Source: an uncultured Lentisphaera sp. (lineage in GTDB: Bacteria; Verrucomicrobiota; Lentisphaeria; Victivallales; GWF2-50-93). Taken from it: DNA of 33,592 nt. The position numbers and the translations under genes are program-made. Shown piece by piece: positions 30,813 through 33,592 of this stretch. The notes below the pieces were generated by a model, which saw nothing but the letters and a program-made list of their open reading frames with translations, was not told the DNA's origin and searched no databases. Numbering within the stretch: position 1 is the first letter of the stretch; every line of letters starts with the position of its first letter. The stretch lies in contig CAZXAC010000002.1 of the NCBI GenBank assembly GCA_964638335.1, forward strand, positions 1 through 33,592. Reading direction: 5' to 3'.

Positions 30813-33350
30813 ATGAAAAAATTATTATATAAAATTAATTTGATTGTCTTCGCGTCCTTGTCGGGATTTGCGATTTTCGCGGCTGACCCTGAACTTAGAG
30901 TCAGTCCTGATCCGCTTGTGAAGGGAGGAAATGGGGAAATTAATATAAGCAGTTCTCAAGGGCTTCCAGAATTACTTGAAATGCCGGACGTGGACGGAAT
31001 CAGATGGCTTGGTAGGAGGGGGCAGTCTTCAAAGACGGAAATAATAAATTTCAAGACCAGTACACAACACACGGTATCATATGGTTTCTCTGTAGAAAAA
31101 GAAGGCGACATAAAATTCCCCGCATTGAAATTGAAGCTTGGAAACAAAAAGGTAGCCTGCGATCCTTTTACCGTTAAATCAATAACACCAAGTGTAGGCA
31201 CTTTGTCATCGTCTGATTCAGAAGAAGGTCTTGAAAAATATATTTTCGCGAAAGTTTTCCCGTTAACCGATAAAAATGAATTCTATTTGGGAGAAGAAAT
31301 CCCTTTTGAGATAGCCGTATTTTGTGGAAATGGAATAAGGACGGAATATTCTTGGCCTGAAATAAACGTTCCCAACATCGTATTTAAAGATTTCGGACAG
31401 GTCAACAAAGATAATCCCAAATTCGCAGGCTTCAGCACAACGACGGAAAATCTGTCAGGCAAGAGTTTCAACACGTATAGGTTTCGCACGACCTTCAAGG
31501 CTATAACTCCCGGAACGCTTTCTGGTACCGTGACTGTGCCTTGTCGAATTTTCCTGCCAAGGAGCCGGGAGCAAAGGCGTAGGCCTTCCGGTTTCGGGGA
31601 TTCGTTCTTTGACAGTTTTTTTGATGATGCGTTTTCAAGTTACGAAAGGGTTGATCATACGATCTCGTGCGATATGCCTAATTTGCGCATAGTTCCTCTT
31701 CCTGAAAAACCGGCGAACTCTATTTTTACCGGTCTTGTTGGAGATTGGAAATTCTCTTTCAGGCTTTCATCAAGTAAATTCAATTTGGGAGAAAGCTTCA
31801 TACTGAAGATTGAGCTGGAAGGGAAAGGAGGAATGGACAATCTTAGAGCGCCAGAATTATCTATAGAGGGATTCAGAATTTATCCGCCTGAGATAAGGAG
31901 GTTCTCATCTCCTTCGGAAATCGTCGAAAAAGCTTCTGTCGAATATGTGATTGTTCCTTTGGAGGAGGGTGAGGCCTCGCTGGACGTATCATTGTTGAGT
32001 TTCTCCTCAAGCAAAAAAGAATATGAAAAATGGACTTTTGCCAGAAAAATAACAGTGGGGAAAGCTGAAAATATCTCAAAACCTTCCGTAATGCTCGGGA
32101 CGGAAACAATTCGGAGGTCAGAGGAGCCTGATAAGAAAACGCCAGATACCATGTCAGATATATTGTATCTTAAAAGAAATTCATACGGATCCGTGTCAAC
32201 GCCAGTCTGGACAAACAACTTATACTTCGCCATAATCGTATTTTTTGTTGGTCCTTTTTTTCTTCTTATATCCAAAATTGTCTTTATTTTTTTCAGAGGC
32301 TCAGACAGCGTTGGGAATAGGAAGTCAAAAGCTATAAAAAGAAAGAAGTACATTATGGGAAAAATCAGAAAACTAAACGGTGAAACTTCGAACGTATTTA
32401 TAAGAGATGAGCTTTGCCCTTGGTTGAACGATGTCAAAGGTTACCCGCCAGGCACAAGCGCCGAAGAGATTGCAGAAAAAATTGACGATAAGGAACTTGC
32501 TGAACTTATTTCGAACTCAGCCAAAGGAGCTTATATGCCGGAACCTCACAATAAAGATGATGAGAACGTTAGAAAAATCCTATCGAATGGGGTGAAAAGG
32601 ATTGTCGGAGCGATCGTAATCGCCCTTGTCATGTTCTCAAATTTATTGTCTGCCCAGGATGTATCGACAACGGCGCTTAATAAAGATCCTTTCCAGTTAT
32701 ATGACGCGGGAATGTTCCAAGAGGCCGGAGCGGCTTTTGCGGAACAACTCTCAAAGAGCCCCAACGATCCGTATTTGCTTTACAACATCGGATGCTGCTC
32801 ATATAGGTATGGAAGACTGTCGGAAGCCCTTTACTTTTTTGAGAAGGCCAATATGCTGGCCCCGAGGGACAGCGATATCAGGGAGAATATGAATCACACT
32901 AGGAGAAAACTGAACATTCCGGAAAAAGGCTTGACCGATAACCCAAAAGAATTGCTCCTACGCCTTAGAGATACTTTCAGACCTGATGAATGGATCCTAA
33001 TATTTTCAATTTTTTCTTCGTCCGCATTGGTGGTTCTCGCGATAAGGAAAAGAATATCATACGATAAATTGTGTGTGATTTTGCTGTTCTGCTCCACCTG
33101 CGTTGCAATAGCGGTCCTTGCAATTTTTTCCCAGTTGACCGGAGATTACAACTCTGATGCAGGAATCGTCGTAAGGCGTGGAAGCGCTTTGTTTATATTG
33201 CCGTCAGAGAATTCAGAAAAGACCGAGATTCGCCCCTTTGAAGGACAAAGGGTGAAAGTTGTAGAGGAAAGAAGCGACTGGAGCATAATCAGGCTGGAAT
33301 CTGGAGAGGGTTGGACTAGGAAGGAGAATGTCAGAAAATTCTGGGAATGA
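30813..33350 (+). CDS. BatD-like oxygen-tolerance protein fused to a BatE-like TPR and SH3 module
   Basis: The track ORF starts at a TTG at 30798; I prefer the ATG at 30813 (MKKLLYKINLIVFASLSGFAIFA signal). About 460 aa of BatD-like beta-rich region are followed by a TM segment, then TPR repeats (QLYDAGMFQEAGAAFAEQL...LLYNIGCCSYRYGRLSEALYFFEKA). Two more TM segments follow, then an SH3b-like end (GQRVKVVEERSDWSIIRLESGEGWTRKENV). Confidence 0.75.
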   Translation: MKKLLYKINLIVFASLSGFAIFAADPELRVSPDPLVKGGNGEINISSSQGLPELLEMPDVDGIRWLGRRGQSSKTEIINFKTSTQHTVSYGFSVEKEGDIKFPALKLKLGNKKVACDPFTVKSITPSVGTLSSSDSEEGLEKYIFAKVFPLTDKNEFYLGEEIPFEIAVFCGNGIRTEYSWPEINVPNIVFKDFGQVNKDNPKFAGFSTTTENLSGKSFNTYRFRTTFKAITPGTLSGTVTVPCRIFLPRSREQRRRPSGFGDSFFDSFFDDAFSSYERVDHTISCDMPNLRIVPLPEKPANSIFTGLVGDWKFSFRLSSSKFNLGESFILKIELEGKGGMDNLRAPELSIEGFRIYPPEIRRFSSPSEIVEKASVEYVIVPLEEGEASLDVSLLSFSSSKKEYEKWTFARKITVGKAENISKPSVMLGTETIRRSEEPDKKTPDTMSDILYLKRNSYGSVSTPVWTNNLYFAIIVFFVGPFFLLISKIVFIFFRGSDSVGNRKSKAIKRKKYIMGKIRKLNGETSNVFIRDELCPWLNDVKGYPPGTSAEEIAEKIDDKELAELISNSAKGAYMPEPHNKDDENVRKILSNGVKRIVGAIVIALVMFSNLLSAQDVSTTALNKDPFQLYDAGMFQEAGAAFAEQLSKSPNDPYLLYNIGCCSYRYGRLSEALYFFEKANMLAPRDSDIRENMNHTRRKLNIPEKGLTDNPKELLLRLRDTFRPDEWILIFSIFSSSALVVLAIRKRISYDKLCVILLFCSTCVAIAVLAIFSQLTGDYNSDAGIVVRRGSALFILPSENSEKTEIRPFEGQRVKVVEERSDWSIIRLESGEGWTRKENVRKFWE

Positions 33351-33388
33351 TCCTTGGTCAGATATCTAAATCGGATTCAGGTGTCTGT

Positions 33389-33592
33389 TCAGTTGTCGAT
33401 CCAGAAAACATCAGTTTCAGAGTAGGGAATTTCAGCCTCTCTCATTCCAGTTACGTGTCCATCTGCGAAAAGTATGTTGGCAGAGTCATTATGACGGAAT
33501 GCGGTCAGGCGATGATAATAGTCCGATGGAGTTGGACGTGCGAAAACCCATCCAGTAGCCATCCAAAGGTAGTAATCACATTCACCGACAAC
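33389..33592 (-). CDS. C-terminal 67 codons of a DUF1559 / H-X9-DG-type pseudopilin-like protein; the 5' end lies beyond the right edge
   Basis: Not in the ORF track. Reverse translation gives VVGECDYYLWMATGWVFARPTPSDYYHRLTAFRHNDSANILFADGHVTGMREAEIPYSETDVFWIDN*. The H-(9 aa)-DGHV motif is typical of the expanded prepilin-like families of Planctomycetes, Lentisphaerae, Verrucomicrobia and Kiritimatiellae. Confidence 0.7.
   Translation of the reverse strand, partial: VVGECDYYLWMATGWVFARPTPSDYYHRLTAFRHNDSANILFADGHVTGMREAEIPYSETDVFWIDN

Overview
This is a 33.6 kb chromosomal segment, roughly 40-45% GC by eye. It probably comes from a PVC-superphylum-type bacterium: there is a partial H-X9-DG/DUF1559-like pseudopilin at the right edge, FHA and Ser/Thr-kinase signalling, and Bat aerotolerance proteins. 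I can support about 30 protein genes. They are a partial PMM/PGM, gyrA, purU, a Zn-ribbon membrane protein, rsmB-like, acyP, nrdR, a coupled ATP-cone-like protein, an FHA-GAF histidine kinase, and a fabG-like/def/membrane-protein/Cdc123-like ATP-grasp operon. Further right are a Zn-ribbon Ser/Thr kinase, an FMN-reductase-like flavoprotein, a GH13 enzyme, an AT-rich islet with a small-ORF/nucleotidyltransferase pair, pfk, a radical SAM/SPASM enzyme, radC, a KE-rich lipoprotein, queD-queE-queC, a cysteine desulfurase, an AlgJ/SGNH-like protein, and BatB-like and BatD-BatE-like proteins. Four signals are not visible in the ORF track. (1) A cobalamin riboswitch with promoter and intrinsic terminator lies on the minus strand (21868-22169), in front of a 30-codon Lys-rich sORF and the radical SAM/SPASM gene. 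(2) An interrupted palindrome, TGCGA-N3-TCGCA, occurs at least 19 times, in several reading frames and once intergenically. (3) A 99-nt three-way-junction RNA candidate lies upstream of radC. (4) A bacterial Cdc123/D123-family ATP-grasp gene is translationally coupled to a membrane protein with an acidic C-terminal tail, in the def operon. No tRNA, rRNA, CRISPR array or transposase was seen. All calls rest on motif recognition by eye; no searches were run.
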